From NCBI GenBank assembly GCA_910587345.1, contig CAJUKH010000066.1, forward strand, positions 14,578-46,577: a stretch of 32,000 nucleotides of DNA, written 5' to 3'. Below the pieces are notes generated by a model that was not told where the DNA came from, did not search any database, and saw only the letters and a list, made by a program, of their open reading frames with translations. A program made the translations under genes and the position numbers. The stretch's first letter is position 1, and each line of letters starts with the position of its first letter. Of the stretch, positions 1 through 8,633 are shown one piece after another. Source of the DNA: an uncultured Oscillospiraceae bacterium. Lineage in GTDB: Bacteria; Bacillota; Clostridia; Oscillospirales; Oscillospiraceae.

Positions 1-1562
1 ACTTTTACGGTACAGACTCCCACCAGGCCGCCTACGGCGGGGACAGCAGAGTTCCCCTCGTGCACAGAGAGGGCCACCTGTCCCTGGGCGTTGCAGTTCA
101 GCAGCGTGGAGGCCTTTGCATTTCCCACCAGGCCGCCAACCTCGAGGTATAGAGTGGACCTGTTTGCGCAGTCCACCTGGATATTCACCCGGGAGATGCA
201 GTTTTCCAGCAGTCCATCGCTGTGCAGCTGGTTTGTGAAGCCGCCGACGAAGGCACCCGGCCAGGGGTAGTCCTCGCCGATGGTAATGTGGATGCTCCCG
301 TCCAGGATCAGGTCCCGGCACTCCCCGCTCCAGTCGCAAAACAGCCCGTAGCCCATCTCGGGGAAGCGCACGTCTGTCACCAAAAGCTCACCGCCGCCCT
401 CGACACAGAGGGTCACGGTATGGCCGTTGCCCATCAGATGGGGGTTGACAGACCCGAATACAGTGAGGCTGGGGAGGTTTTTCGGCAGAGTGACATCCTC
501 CAGCAGGGAAAAATACCGGGACTTATTGTTGGCGAAGGTCTCCATGGGGCCGGGCGTGTCGTCCATGGCGATAAACTGCTCTGCCGTCTCAATGAGGTAG
601 GGGCAGCAGGCGATGCCCACGCCCCCGGCAAAGCGGAGGTCCGCCACCTGCCGGGGCTCGGAGAGGTGGATGGCCTCGTCTTTTATCCCATTAAATCCCA
701 CTCCGCTCTCTGTCCAGGTCGCCCCGTCTTCGGAAATCCCCCGAACAGACAGATAGATTTCGTTCCCCTTTCCCTCCTGCTGGTCAAATGTGACGCCGTG
801 GGCCGCCGGCGCCATCAGGTAGACCTTGGATTCGTGATAGCGCTTTGTGGGGACATAGGTCAGCGTCACGTCGGGGCAGGTGATCAGGGCTGTCTGGTCG
901 GCGGGGACGGTGTAAGACCCGGGAGAGGAGATATACAGGTCAAACATATTGTCAATGACCGTCAAGATCTCCGACCGGGACACGATGTCCTTGGGGTGGA
1001 GCATACCCCCGGAGCCATGCAGATACCCCTGTCCCAGCATGGAATTGATTCTGGACCAAAAGGAGGGCTCTACCTCTCTTCCATCTGAGATCCACTTGGA
1101 GACCTGCTCTGTGGCCGGGTCTGCCTTCAGGTCCAGGTCACGCCCGATGTCAAAGGCCTTGGCCACCATGTAAAAGGCCTCCTCCCGGGTCAGTGGCTGG
1201 TCGGGAAACATATTTTTCCCCTGGTTCAGGGCTACGCCGCAGGCGTTCATGGTCACCACGGCGTCGTGATACCAGGCGTCCGCCGCCACATCAGGGAAGG
1301 TATGTCCCTCCTGAGGCCCGCAGCCCCAAAGGCGATAAAGGATCTCTGAGAGCTGACCCCGGCTCACGGGGTCGTTGGGGCCAAACCACCCATCGTCGTA
1401 GCCCTTCAGCACCCCTGAGTCGGACCAGCGTTCAATGGTCTCCTGGGCCCAGTGCCCCTCCACATCGGAATAGTCCGCCGCCTGGGCGCATGGGCTTCCC
1501 CATGTCAGCAGGGCAAACAGGCACAGCCCAGCAAACAATAACACTTGTTTTCTCATCGTCAT
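1..1562 (-). CDS. Secreted cell-surface protein with N-terminal signal peptide and SLH domains, followed by GLUG-like (GGLVG) repeats. The C-terminus runs off the window start.
   Basis: My own reverse-strand translation from ATG 1562 (alternative ATG 1556) reads MTMRKQVLLFAGLCLFALLTWGSPCAQAADYSDVEGHWAQETIERWSDSGVLKGYDDGWFGPNDPVSRGQLSEILYRLW..., which is a signal peptide followed by a classic SLH motif. The frame stays open to position 1. A GGGGGAAG RBS lies upstream. The ORF is absent from the track because it is edge-truncated. Confidence 0.8.
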   Translation of the reverse strand, partial: MTMRKQVLLFAGLCLFALLTWGSPCAQAADYSDVEGHWAQETIERWSDSGVLKGYDDGWFGPNDPVSRGQLSEILYRLWGCGPQEGHTFPDVAADAWYHDAVVTMNACGVALNQGKNMFPDQPLTREEAFYMVAKAFDIGRDLDLKADPATEQVSKWISDGREVEPSFWSRINSMLGQGYLHGSGGMLHPKDIVSRSEILTVIDNMFDLYISSPGSYTVPADQTALITCPDVTLTYVPTKRYHESKVYLMAPAAHGVTFDQQEGKGNEIYLSVRGISEDGATWTESGVGFNGIKDEAIHLSEPRQVADLRFAGGVGIACCPYLIETAEQFIAMDDTPGPMETFANNKSRYFSLLEDVTLPKNLPSLTVFGSVNPHLMGNGHTVTLCVEGGGELLVTDVRFPEMGYGLFCDWSGECRDLILDGSIHITIGEDYPWPGAFVGGFTNQLHSDGLLENCISRVNIQVDCANRSTLYLEVGGLVGNAKASTLLNCNAQGQVALSVHEGNSAVPAVGGLVGVCTVK

Positions 1563-1742
1563 AGTGCTTCCCCCTTCCCTTTTTTTCATCCTACCCCAAC
1601 AGCCAAGGGTTGTCAAGGTCGGGAGTGAAAAGGAGGCTGACTGGGGGATTTTTTCTCCCTGTCCCTTGCGCCGGACAGTCAAGTTTGCTATGATAAAATC
1701 ACCGATCCACCACTTTTTGCCCCAAGAAAGGAAGGATACACC

Positions 1743-2981
1743 ATGCCCACCCAAGAGCAATTGCAAAAATACGCCAAGCTCCTTATCGGCACCGGCTGCG
1801 CCTTGAAAAAGGGTCAACCGGTCCTCATCTCCGCTCCGGTGGAGATCGCCCCCTTCGTCCGCCTTGCCGCCAAGGCCGCCTGGGAGCTGGGGGCCGGGGA
1901 TGTGACCATCCAGTGGTCCGACCCCGCCATTGATAAGCTCCGCTATCAAAACGGCGACGAAGCCCTCTTTGACGCCACCCCCGCCTGGGAGGTGGCTTTG
2001 CTGGAAACCGCCGCCGAGCAGGGTGCCGCCGTCCTCCGGCTGGGGGGCGGGATGTTTGGCATGGAGGGGGTGGACCCCAAGCGGATGACCGCCAAAATGA
2101 AGGCGGGCCGCCGGGACTGTCCCAAGTTTAACGCCGGTCTGGGCAAGGGCACCACCACCCGCTGCGGCGCCGGGGTCCCCACCGCCGCCTGGGCTAAGAA
2201 GGTCTTTCCCGACATCGGCGAAGCCGAGGCCATTGACAGGCTATGGGAAGCCGTTTTGAAGGTGGCCCGGGCCGACGGCCCCGACCCGGCCCAGGCCTGG
2301 GCCGACCACGCCGCCGGCTTCCAGCGCCGGATCAAGCTGCTCACCCAGCGGCAGTTTGACCGTGTCCGCTACACCGCCTCCAACGGTACCGACCTCACCG
2401 TGGGTCTCCCGCCCCGCCACCGCTGGCACGGGGGCGGCATCGACAACGAGGAGGGGGTCTACTACTTCCCCAATATGCCCACCGAGGAGATCTTTACCTC
2501 CCCCGACCGCACCCGCACCCATGGCATTGTCCATTCCTCCCTCCCCCTGAGCCATCAGGGAGGCCTCATTGATGACTTTTGGATCAGATTCGAGGAGGGC
2601 AAAGCGGTGGAATGGGGAGCCAAAACCGGGGCGGACAAGCTGGGCCATATCATCCAGACCGACGACAGCTCCTGCTATCTGGGGGAGGCCGCTCTGGTGC
2701 CCCAGAGCAGCCCCATCTCCCAGCTTGGCCTGCTCTTCTATTCCGTTCTCTACGATGAAAACGCCGCCTGCCACCTGGCCCTTGGCCGATGCTACCCCTT
2801 CTGTCTGGAGGGGGGCAACCAGATGACCGAGGAGGAGTTGAAGGCCCACAATCTGAACATTTCCGCCGTCCACTGCGACTTTATGATCGGCACCCCCGAC
2901 ATGGCGGTCACCGGCATCCTTCCCGACGGCACCGAGGTGCCCATCTTCCGGGACGGGGATTGGACCGGAGAATTTGTTTGA
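1743..2981 (+). CDS. Aminopeptidase, M29 family (AmpS/PepS/aminopeptidase T-like)
   Basis: 412-aa ORF. The N-terminus MPTQEQLQKYAKLLIGTGCALKKGQPVLISAP... and overall length are typical of the M29 family. AAGGAAGGA RBS upstream. Confidence 0.8.
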   Translation: MPTQEQLQKYAKLLIGTGCALKKGQPVLISAPVEIAPFVRLAAKAAWELGAGDVTIQWSDPAIDKLRYQNGDEALFDATPAWEVALLETAAEQGAAVLRLGGGMFGMEGVDPKRMTAKMKAGRRDCPKFNAGLGKGTTTRCGAGVPTAAWAKKVFPDIGEAEAIDRLWEAVLKVARADGPDPAQAWADHAAGFQRRIKLLTQRQFDRVRYTASNGTDLTVGLPPRHRWHGGGIDNEEGVYYFPNMPTEEIFTSPDRTRTHGIVHSSLPLSHQGGLIDDFWIRFEEGKAVEWGAKTGADKLGHIIQTDDSSCYLGEAALVPQSSPISQLGLLFYSVLYDENAACHLALGRCYPFCLEGGNQMTEEELKAHNLNISAVHCDFMIGTPDMAVTGILPDGTEVPIFRDGDWTGEFV

Positions 2982-3025
2982 TAATTATGTAAACTTATTT
3001 TCCTTTTAGGGGGAGGAGAGCCGCC

Positions 3026-4000
3026 GTGGGAGCCACCTTTTTCATGCTTTGGATGATGGGTCTTTTCTTTCTGGGTCTATGCTTTCTTCTGGGGACTCTG
3101 GGGGCCTTTCTCCTGCGCCGCCGCCGGGTCAAGCGGGGCCTGCCCCACAGAGGTCACACCGTCCTGTTGGTGGTCTGCCTGCTTCTGACGGCGGTAAATC
3201 TGGCGCCCTCCCTGGGCTTCTTCACCTTCATCCGGGTCACCAATGCCGCCCACGGGGCCACTGACGGCTTTGTGGACACCGGGGTCTATGTGGAAGAGGG
3301 GTTTCAGGATGCGGTATTCACCGTAAACGGCGTCACCTACCGCCGGCTGGAGGACCTGTCCTTTCATTGGACAGAGGAGGCAGCCTGTCCCCCTGTCTTC
3401 TCCTGGGACAGCACCGACCGCAGTCTGAGCCTTCTCACCCTTCTCTTCGGCCCCTACTATAACCGGGGCAACTACTATTCCGTCCCCAACGAGCCGGGTC
3501 TGGACCTGGTCTCCGACGGGTCCTGGCGGCTCTACTGCCCGGAAGACCAGATGGATGCGGCCACAGCCTGGTACGGCGACCCCTCCCACTACATCTGGCA
3601 GGCCCGTACCGCCGGGTCGGGGGACCTCACCCCTCTGGACCCCCAGCCGGACCCGGACGCCATGGCCGCCCTTCTGGCCCTGAATGACCGGGCAATGGCC
3701 GAGGGCCACGCCTATCTGGAGGCCGCCCCTCTGGAGGAGTATCCCCCCGGCCCTCTGGCCGGCTCGGCCCTGGGGGCCGTTCTGGTCACTCTCCCCCGGG
3801 AGAGCCGGGCTTTGGACACCGCCCTCACCCTCCGGTCCGTCAGCCGGGACCAAGCGGTCCGCCGGGACAGCCTCCATCTCTGCGAATACCAGGGCGGACT
3901 CTGGTTCTCTCCCACCGCCACCTACCGGGAGGACAATTCCTATCATTATCTGGTCCCCGTCCCCCCGGAATGGACCCCTTTTTACCCGCTTTTCGGCTGA
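3026..4000 (+). CDS. Hypothetical membrane-anchored protein (N-terminal TM segments, extracytoplasmic C-terminal domain)
   Basis: GTG start preceded by a strong RBS GGGGGAGGAGAG (3009-3020). Hydrophobic N-terminus. No family recognised. Confidence 0.55.
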   Translation: MGATFFMLWMMGLFFLGLCFLLGTLGAFLLRRRRVKRGLPHRGHTVLLVVCLLLTAVNLAPSLGFFTFIRVTNAAHGATDGFVDTGVYVEEGFQDAVFTVNGVTYRRLEDLSFHWTEEAACPPVFSWDSTDRSLSLLTLLFGPYYNRGNYYSVPNEPGLDLVSDGSWRLYCPEDQMDAATAWYGDPSHYIWQARTAGSGDLTPLDPQPDPDAMAALLALNDRAMAEGHAYLEAAPLEEYPPGPLAGSALGAVLVTLPRESRALDTALTLRSVSRDQAVRRDSLHLCEYQGGLWFSPTATYREDNSYHYLVPVPPEWTPFYPLFG

Positions 4001-4083
4001 TTTTCCCTTCTTTTTGCCCCGTTGACACCCTGAATTTCCCCATGTATAATGGATTTATCCACAAAATAAAAGGAGGAATCCCC

Positions 4084-4860
4084 ATGAAAGTCCTGTTCCT
4101 CGGCAACAGCCACACCTTCTACAACGATATGCCCCAGATTTTTGCCGACATCTGCAAAGAACGGGGCAAGGATGTGGAGGTGGCCATGCAGGCCCACCCC
4201 GGCGTCACCTATGGCTGGCACTATCAGCGGCTCACCGAACTGCGCTTTGCCCTCATCCACGGCGGCTTTGACTACATGGTGATGCAGCAGGCGGCCCACT
4301 CCCCCTGTCCCAGCAAGGAGGAAACTCTGGAGGATGCGGGCAGGATCATCGCCCTGGCCCGCCAGTGCGGCGTCATTCCCATCCAGACCATGCCCTGGGC
4401 CGAGAAGCGGGACCCGGACCACCAGAAGGGGATGTATGACATTTTCAACACCCTGAGCAGGCAGTATGATGTGAAACTCACCGTGGCCGGCAACGTGTTT
4501 GAGGATGTCTTCTACAACCACCCCGACATCGATATGTACTGGGTGGACGGAGAACACGCCTCCCCCTACGGCTCCTACGTCATCGCCATGGCCGCTTACG
4601 CCGCCATCTTCGGCGAGAAGGTAGAGGGGCTGGCTTCCAGGAGCTATGACACCTACCCCATCGCCCCGGGCCATCAGGAGGAGGTGGCTGCCGCCATCGC
4701 CCAATTCCAGAAGGACCCCAGCGATACCACCCCCTATCTTCAGGCAAAGCAGTATTTCCTCGGCCCGGTGAACGACAAGTCCCAGATCGCCTGCCCTCTG
4801 GACCCGGACAAGGCCCTCACCCTGCAAAAACTGGTGGACAAGTACGCCTTTGACGCATAA
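4084..4860 (+). CDS. SGNH/GDSL-like hydrolase family protein (DUF4886-like)
   Basis: ATG 4084 is preceded by AAGGAGGA. MKVLFLGNSHTFYNDMP... matches block I of SGNH hydrolases, and a late DGEHASPYG matches the DxxH block. The track ORF start at 3970 is an upstream extension. Confidence 0.65.
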   Translation: MKVLFLGNSHTFYNDMPQIFADICKERGKDVEVAMQAHPGVTYGWHYQRLTELRFALIHGGFDYMVMQQAAHSPCPSKEETLEDAGRIIALARQCGVIPIQTMPWAEKRDPDHQKGMYDIFNTLSRQYDVKLTVAGNVFEDVFYNHPDIDMYWVDGEHASPYGSYVIAMAAYAAIFGEKVEGLASRSYDTYPIAPGHQEEVAAAIAQFQKDPSDTTPYLQAKQYFLGPVNDKSQIACPLDPDKALTLQKLVDKYAFDA

Positions 4861-4872
4861 GGAGCCTTCCCT

Positions 4873-5445
4873 ATGAACCTGCTTCTTCACATCTGCTGCG
4901 CCCCCTGTTCAGTGGCCTGCATCAAGCAGCTCCGGGGGGAGGGCATCGAACCTACCGGCTTCTGGTACAACCCCAATATCCACCCCTTTACCGAGTACCG
5001 CTCCCGGCGCAACTGCCTCAGGGAATACGCCCAGTCCATCGGCCTGACTTTGGTGGAGGAGGACGAGTACGGCCTTCGCCCCTTCGTTCAGGCGGTGGCT
5101 GCCGACATTGACCACCGCTGCGGCTACTGCTACGCCGTCCGGCTGGCCCAGGCCGCCCACTACGCCGCCGAGCACGGCTTTGACGCCTTCTGCACCACCC
5201 TGACGGTAAGCCCCTACCAGAACACCCCCCTGATTTTCGAGACCGGGGAAAAGCTGGCAAAACAGTTTGGCGTCAAATTCGCCCCCTATGACTTCTCCCC
5301 CCACTACCGGGAGGGCCAGACCGAGGCCCGGGAGCTGGGGCTTTACATGCAAAAGTACTGCGGCTGTGTCTTCAGCGAGGAAGACCGCTATCTGGGGCAG
5401 AAAAAGAAAAAGCAGGCCCAGAAGGAAGCCCAGGCGGCCGGATAA
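4873..5445 (+). CDS. queH: Epoxyqueuosine reductase QueH (DUF208)
   Basis: MNLLLHICCAPCSV...HRCGYCY...YCGCVFSE shows the cysteine pattern and ~190-aa size characteristic of QueH. Confidence 0.85.
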   Translation: MNLLLHICCAPCSVACIKQLRGEGIEPTGFWYNPNIHPFTEYRSRRNCLREYAQSIGLTLVEEDEYGLRPFVQAVAADIDHRCGYCYAVRLAQAAHYAAEHGFDAFCTTLTVSPYQNTPLIFETGEKLAKQFGVKFAPYDFSPHYREGQTEARELGLYMQKYCGCVFSEEDRYLGQKKKKQAQKEAQAAG

Positions 5446-5454
5446 CCCCAAAAA

Positions 5455-5492
5455 AGAAGACCCGGAGAGCAATGCTCTCCGGGCCTTCCTGT
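5455..5492. terminator. Bidirectional intrinsic terminator between convergent queH and the HTH gene
   Basis: 10-bp GC stem CCCGGAGAGC/GCTCTCCGGG (5461-5470 and 5474-5483), with an A-run upstream and a T-rich tract downstream. Confidence 0.7.
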
Positions 5493-6788
5493 TTAATCCA
5501 GCGGCCAGCCGTCATCGTCCTTGGGATAGTCCCAGGTCAGCGGGTCATCCGCATCCATCTCGACGGCGGCAGCGCTTCCATTCCCCACCGTATCATCCGC
5601 CCAGATAAACCACATTCCCTGTTTGGGATGCTCCTCTATCCCATAGGTAAATCCCGTCTGAGCATATACCCGGCCATAGCTGTCCTTCACAAAGGCCGCC
5701 ACCGTGAACCGGTCCTCCCTTGTGGCCGGAAAGGCCGCATCCTCAGGGAAGGCGGCAAAGTGAGCGTCACCCCAATCCCCCGCAAACGTGGCGGGCTGCT
5801 CCTCCAGATTTTCCGCCCAGAACAGCAGTGTCCCGTTTTGGAAAAATCCTATCCGGATCTCCTCCACCCGGGCGGGACTTTCTGCCCCAAAGGGTTTTAC
5901 ATCCTCCTCCCGCCACCAGACATAGCGGCTGTGGTCGTTCAGCCGGATCTCCTCCAAATCGGAGATCCGTTCATACATAAAACCGTCATCCAAATTGATA
6001 TAAGGCAGGCTCTCATAGAGATAATATCCATAGCTCTCCATCAGCTGGGTGGCCCTTGTCCCATCCGGGGACACAAAGACCACCGACAGTACCCGGGTGT
6101 CGGTCAGGGGAAAGGCCGCTTCCACCCGGTAAACTCCGTCCTCCCCCCGCAGGGCGGGAAACTCCAGCGCCTGCCCCACCCCGCAGTCCACCAAAAACAG
6201 GGCTTCCATCCCCGGCACATAGGTCTTGGGCCGGGCACGGAGGGCGAAGGTGATGACCCCCTCTCCCAAATCCACGGAGAGAAACTCCGCCCCGTAGTCC
6301 GAGGTCAGGTCATTCTGCGCCTTCAGAATATCCTCCACCTGACTGGAGATCCCTCCGATCTGCCGGTTCACCGAAGTCTCCACCTGACTCACCGCCCGCT
6401 GCAGCTGCTCACTTTGCCGGGTCAGATCTCCAAGCCGCTGATAGAGATTCCCCACCAGCAAGCAAACGGCCACGCCGCCCACCGCCAGCCACCAGCGGCC
6501 CCGTTTGGGCTTGGAAGGCAAGTACCGCCCCACGATCTCCTCCACCATCTTCAGTTGGGCCTCGGTCAGCTCCTCCGGGGCCGTGGGTTCCTCCTCGGTG
6601 CCCAGAAGCCAGCCCACGCTGACCCCGAAGAGTCCGCTGAGGGCCACCAGCTTCTCCACCTCCGGCATTGCCGAGTCCGACTCCCATTTATAGATAGCCT
6701 GCCGGGATACCCCCAGCCGTTCCCCCAGGTTTTCCTGAGAAATGCCCAGCTCTTTCCGTTTCTGGGCGATCCGTTGTCCAAGGGTCAT
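5493..6788 (-). CDS. XRE-family helix-turn-helix protein with a central TM segment and a large C-terminal extracytoplasmic domain
   Basis: The N-terminus MTLGQRIAQKRKELGISQENLGERLGVSRQAIYKWESDSAMPEVEKLVALSGLFGVSVGWLLG is a canonical HTH_3/XRE domain. A hydrophobic stretch WWLAVGGVAVCLLVG follows. Confidence 0.8.
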   Translation of the reverse strand: MTLGQRIAQKRKELGISQENLGERLGVSRQAIYKWESDSAMPEVEKLVALSGLFGVSVGWLLGTEEEPTAPEELTEAQLKMVEEIVGRYLPSKPKRGRWWLAVGGVAVCLLVGNLYQRLGDLTRQSEQLQRAVSQVETSVNRQIGGISSQVEDILKAQNDLTSDYGAEFLSVDLGEGVITFALRARPKTYVPGMEALFLVDCGVGQALEFPALRGEDGVYRVEAAFPLTDTRVLSVVFVSPDGTRATQLMESYGYYLYESLPYINLDDGFMYERISDLEEIRLNDHSRYVWWREEDVKPFGAESPARVEEIRIGFFQNGTLLFWAENLEEQPATFAGDWGDAHFAAFPEDAAFPATREDRFTVAAFVKDSYGRVYAQTGFTYGIEEHPKQGMWFIWADDTVGNGSAAAVEMDADDPLTWDYPKDDDGWPLD

Positions 6789-6884
6789 GTAACCCCCTCC
6801 TTTCCCCCTCAGTGTACCGCCTCCGCCCCCAAAAGGCCACCAACCTGGGGTGTTCTTTTTGTCAACCGGGGGTTAGCATGGCCG

Positions 6885-6912
6885 AAAAAGGCCGGCAGAA
6901 GCCGGCCTTTTT
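6885..6912 (-). terminator. Intrinsic terminator downstream of the GNAT cluster
   Basis: Stem AAAAAGGCCGGC / GCCGGCCTTTTT with a 4-nt loop. The T-run falls on the minus strand directly after the stop at 6918. Confidence 0.75.
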
Positions 6913-6917
6913 CTCTT

Positions 6918-7500
6918 TTAGTCCCCGTTGTGCATCACCAGCCAGGAATTGTCCTCCCGAAAGCCGAACTTCTCATAGACCGGCCGGCCCAGCTTGGAGG
7001 CCCCCAGCCACATAAGCCCCGCCCGGCGGGCGACAGCCTCCTGCCGCACCAGTTCCAGCATCCTTGTGGCGATGCCTTGACCCCGGTGGGCGGGGGCGGT
7101 ATACATATTGGTCACATAGCCCCGGATACTCACCGGGTCAAAGAAGGCGGGAGGAAAGTCATAGAACACCACCGCCCCGGTAGCGATGATCTCTCCGGCC
7201 TCCTCGGCCACCCACTCCACCATGGAGCCGTCGGCCATATGCTTATGGAAAAAGGCGGACAGCTCCGCATCCATATCCCCGTCGGGGGCGTAAGCCCTCG
7301 TCAATAAGCTGGAGCTTCCGCAGCTCCCCCTCCTCTTCCGCCAGCCACTCCACCAGAGAGCCGTCCTCCATCTTCTCCCGGGTGTACTCCTCCAGTTCTT
7401 TGTCAATGCCGGTGTCCTTCTGGCCGGAGTCCACGATCATCTTCTTCCGGTACTCCGCCACCAGCGCCAGATCCTCCATTCCCGCTTTTCTGAATTCCAC
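6918..7500 (-). pseudogene. Chimeric, frameshifted GNAT N-acetyltransferase: the N-terminal ~60 aa of one paralog joined to a second paralog, plus a 1-nt frame change
   Basis: ORF 7243-7500 gives MEFRKAGMEDLALVAEYRKKM...EKMEDGSLVEWLAEEEGEL and then continues LRKLQLIDEGL, which re-starts the N-terminal alignment. The frame then shifts into ORF 6918-7406, which reads YAPDGDMDAELSAFFHKHMADGSMVEWVAEEAGEIIATG... through the acetyl-CoA motif RGQGIATRML. The 'EKMxDGSxVEW' block is therefore present twice. A truncated 118-aa product from ATG 7274 remains possible. Confidence 0.6.
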
Positions 7501-7536
7501 GGTCCATCTTCCCTCCTTACCTTCTAAGAGCGCCCC

Positions 7537-7989
7537 TTATTCCTGGGGAATATTCATCACCATCTCGTCATCCGCCGGCTGAAAGCCGTACTTCTCATAG
7601 ACAAACCGCCCCAACCGGGAGGCCCCCAGGTCCAGCTGGGTCACATTCCGCTTTTGGGCCTCGGCCACGCAGAGGTCCAGCAGCTTGGTGGCGATCCCCT
7701 GCCGGCGGTGGTCGGTGCGGGTCCACATATTGGCCACATGGCCCTTTCTCCCGCTATGGTTGCCGAAGGAGGGCGGCACCCGGTAAAACAGTACGCCCCC
7801 GGTGCCCACCACCTCTCCGTTCTCCTCCACGAACCACTGGACCAGGCTGCCGTCGGCCATCTTCTCCCGAAAGAAATCCTCCATCTGGTCCTCAAAGTCG
7901 ATGACCCTGTCATAGTTGTCCAGATACATCTGTTTCCGGTACCGGACCAACAGATCTATGTCCTCCATGGTGGCTTTTCTGATGTCCAT
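7537..7989 (-). CDS. GNAT family N-acetyltransferase (intact paralog)
   Basis: 150 aa with the RRQGIATKLL acetyl-CoA binding motif. Homologous along its length to the two fragments at 6918-7500. Confidence 0.85.
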   Translation of the reverse strand: MDIRKATMEDIDLLVRYRKQMYLDNYDRVIDFEDQMEDFFREKMADGSLVQWFVEENGEVVGTGGVLFYRVPPSFGNHSGRKGHVANMWTRTDHRRQGIATKLLDLCVAEAQKRNVTQLDLGASRLGRFVYEKYGFQPADDEMVMNIPQE

Positions 7990-8029
7990 ATTCCTCTTCC
8001 TTTCTCACGGGCGGAGGGGCCCTGAATAA

Positions 8030-8560
8030 GTGCTTGCCTTTGAAAAGACCGCTCCCATAGGGACCGGCCCCCGGCCGGCCCGCAGAATGGCCCTGCAAAC
8101 TTCCCCACTCTATCGGCGGGATGCTCTGTTGCAGAGGCGGGTCATAACCCGCCCGACAGGAAGGCTCTGCAATGTTGAACTTTGCTTCGGCAAAAAGGCA
8201 TCCCTTTATCATTTGTGAATATGTGGCCTGCCCGGCTGGGGTCAGACCCGCTTTTTCTTTTGCAGGCAAAAGAAAAAGCGGGTCTGGACTCCGAAAAAGA
8301 AAAGGTAGACCAGTGTAAAAGATTATGGGCTGCGTTACAACCGTACAAAGCCCCAATCCTGCTTGGGTATCCCTCGGGTAAAAGACTTTGGGGTATCCCT
8401 TTTGTTTCCGGCGGCTTGGGTTTGAGCGACCCGTGGTCCCTTTTGCGTCACTGCCGTTGAGGGAGTGGAATACCGTTACCTGTTCGTTGGTATTTCCGCC
8501 GCCTGGGTGGTACGGAGATGTAAGATCCCGGCGGGTCAAGGCGGCCCGCCCCACAACACA
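8030..8560 (+). repeat. Copy A of a large structured non-coding element (candidate ncRNA). The conserved core is ~8195-8550.
   Basis: Block-wise similarity to the reverse complement of 10140-10690. Contains a perfect 21-bp hairpin (8243-8263 / 8266-8286). No credible ORF: translations of the two copies fall into different frames. Confidence 0.6.
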
Positions 8561-8633
8561 AAACGCACCATCTATCGTTCAAGCATATGTGGGCCGCACC
8601 CACCAAGCAACAAGTCCCCTTGTCACCCCAGCC

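Noticed and set aside
222-1088. 288-aa + strand ORF at the window start
   Set aside because: Antisense to the SLH/GLUG surface-protein gene, whose minus-strand frame is open from 1562 to the window edge and has a signal peptide and SLH motif. The + frame product is compositionally implausible.
5472-7307. 611-aa + strand ORF spanning the HTH gene and the GNAT genes
   Set aside because: It crosses two terminators and two independently supported minus-strand genes. The Pro/Gly/His/Arg-rich translation is a typical high-GC shadow ORF. The same reasoning applies to 2241-2873(-), 3077-3946(-), 3982-4890(-), 4909-5472(-), 10777-11820(-), 11091-11927(+), 22224-23600(-), 23958-24749(-), 25188-26345(-), 26350-27087(-), 26858-27547(+), 27500-28126(-), 29449-30336(+) and 31218-31997(-).
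7910-8554. 214-aa minus-strand ORF and other ORFs (8182-8460, 8388-9203, 10234-10545, 10261-10716) covering the two structured elements
   Set aside because: The homologous nucleotide blocks of copies A and B translate in different frames, substitutions are clustered rather than at third positions, and there are no RBSs. The region is better explained as non-coding structured sequence.
8030-8560. Identification of the structured element as RNase P RNA, tmRNA, 6S RNA, a T-box or a group II intron fragment
   Set aside because: None of the diagnostic strings was found: GGAAAGTCCGG-type P4 for RNase P, a tRNA-like GGGG.../tag ORF for tmRNA, the T-box AGAGA/GGTGGTACCGCG context, or the group II GUGYG 5' end and domain V. 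Two diverged copies also argue against single-copy housekeeping RNAs.
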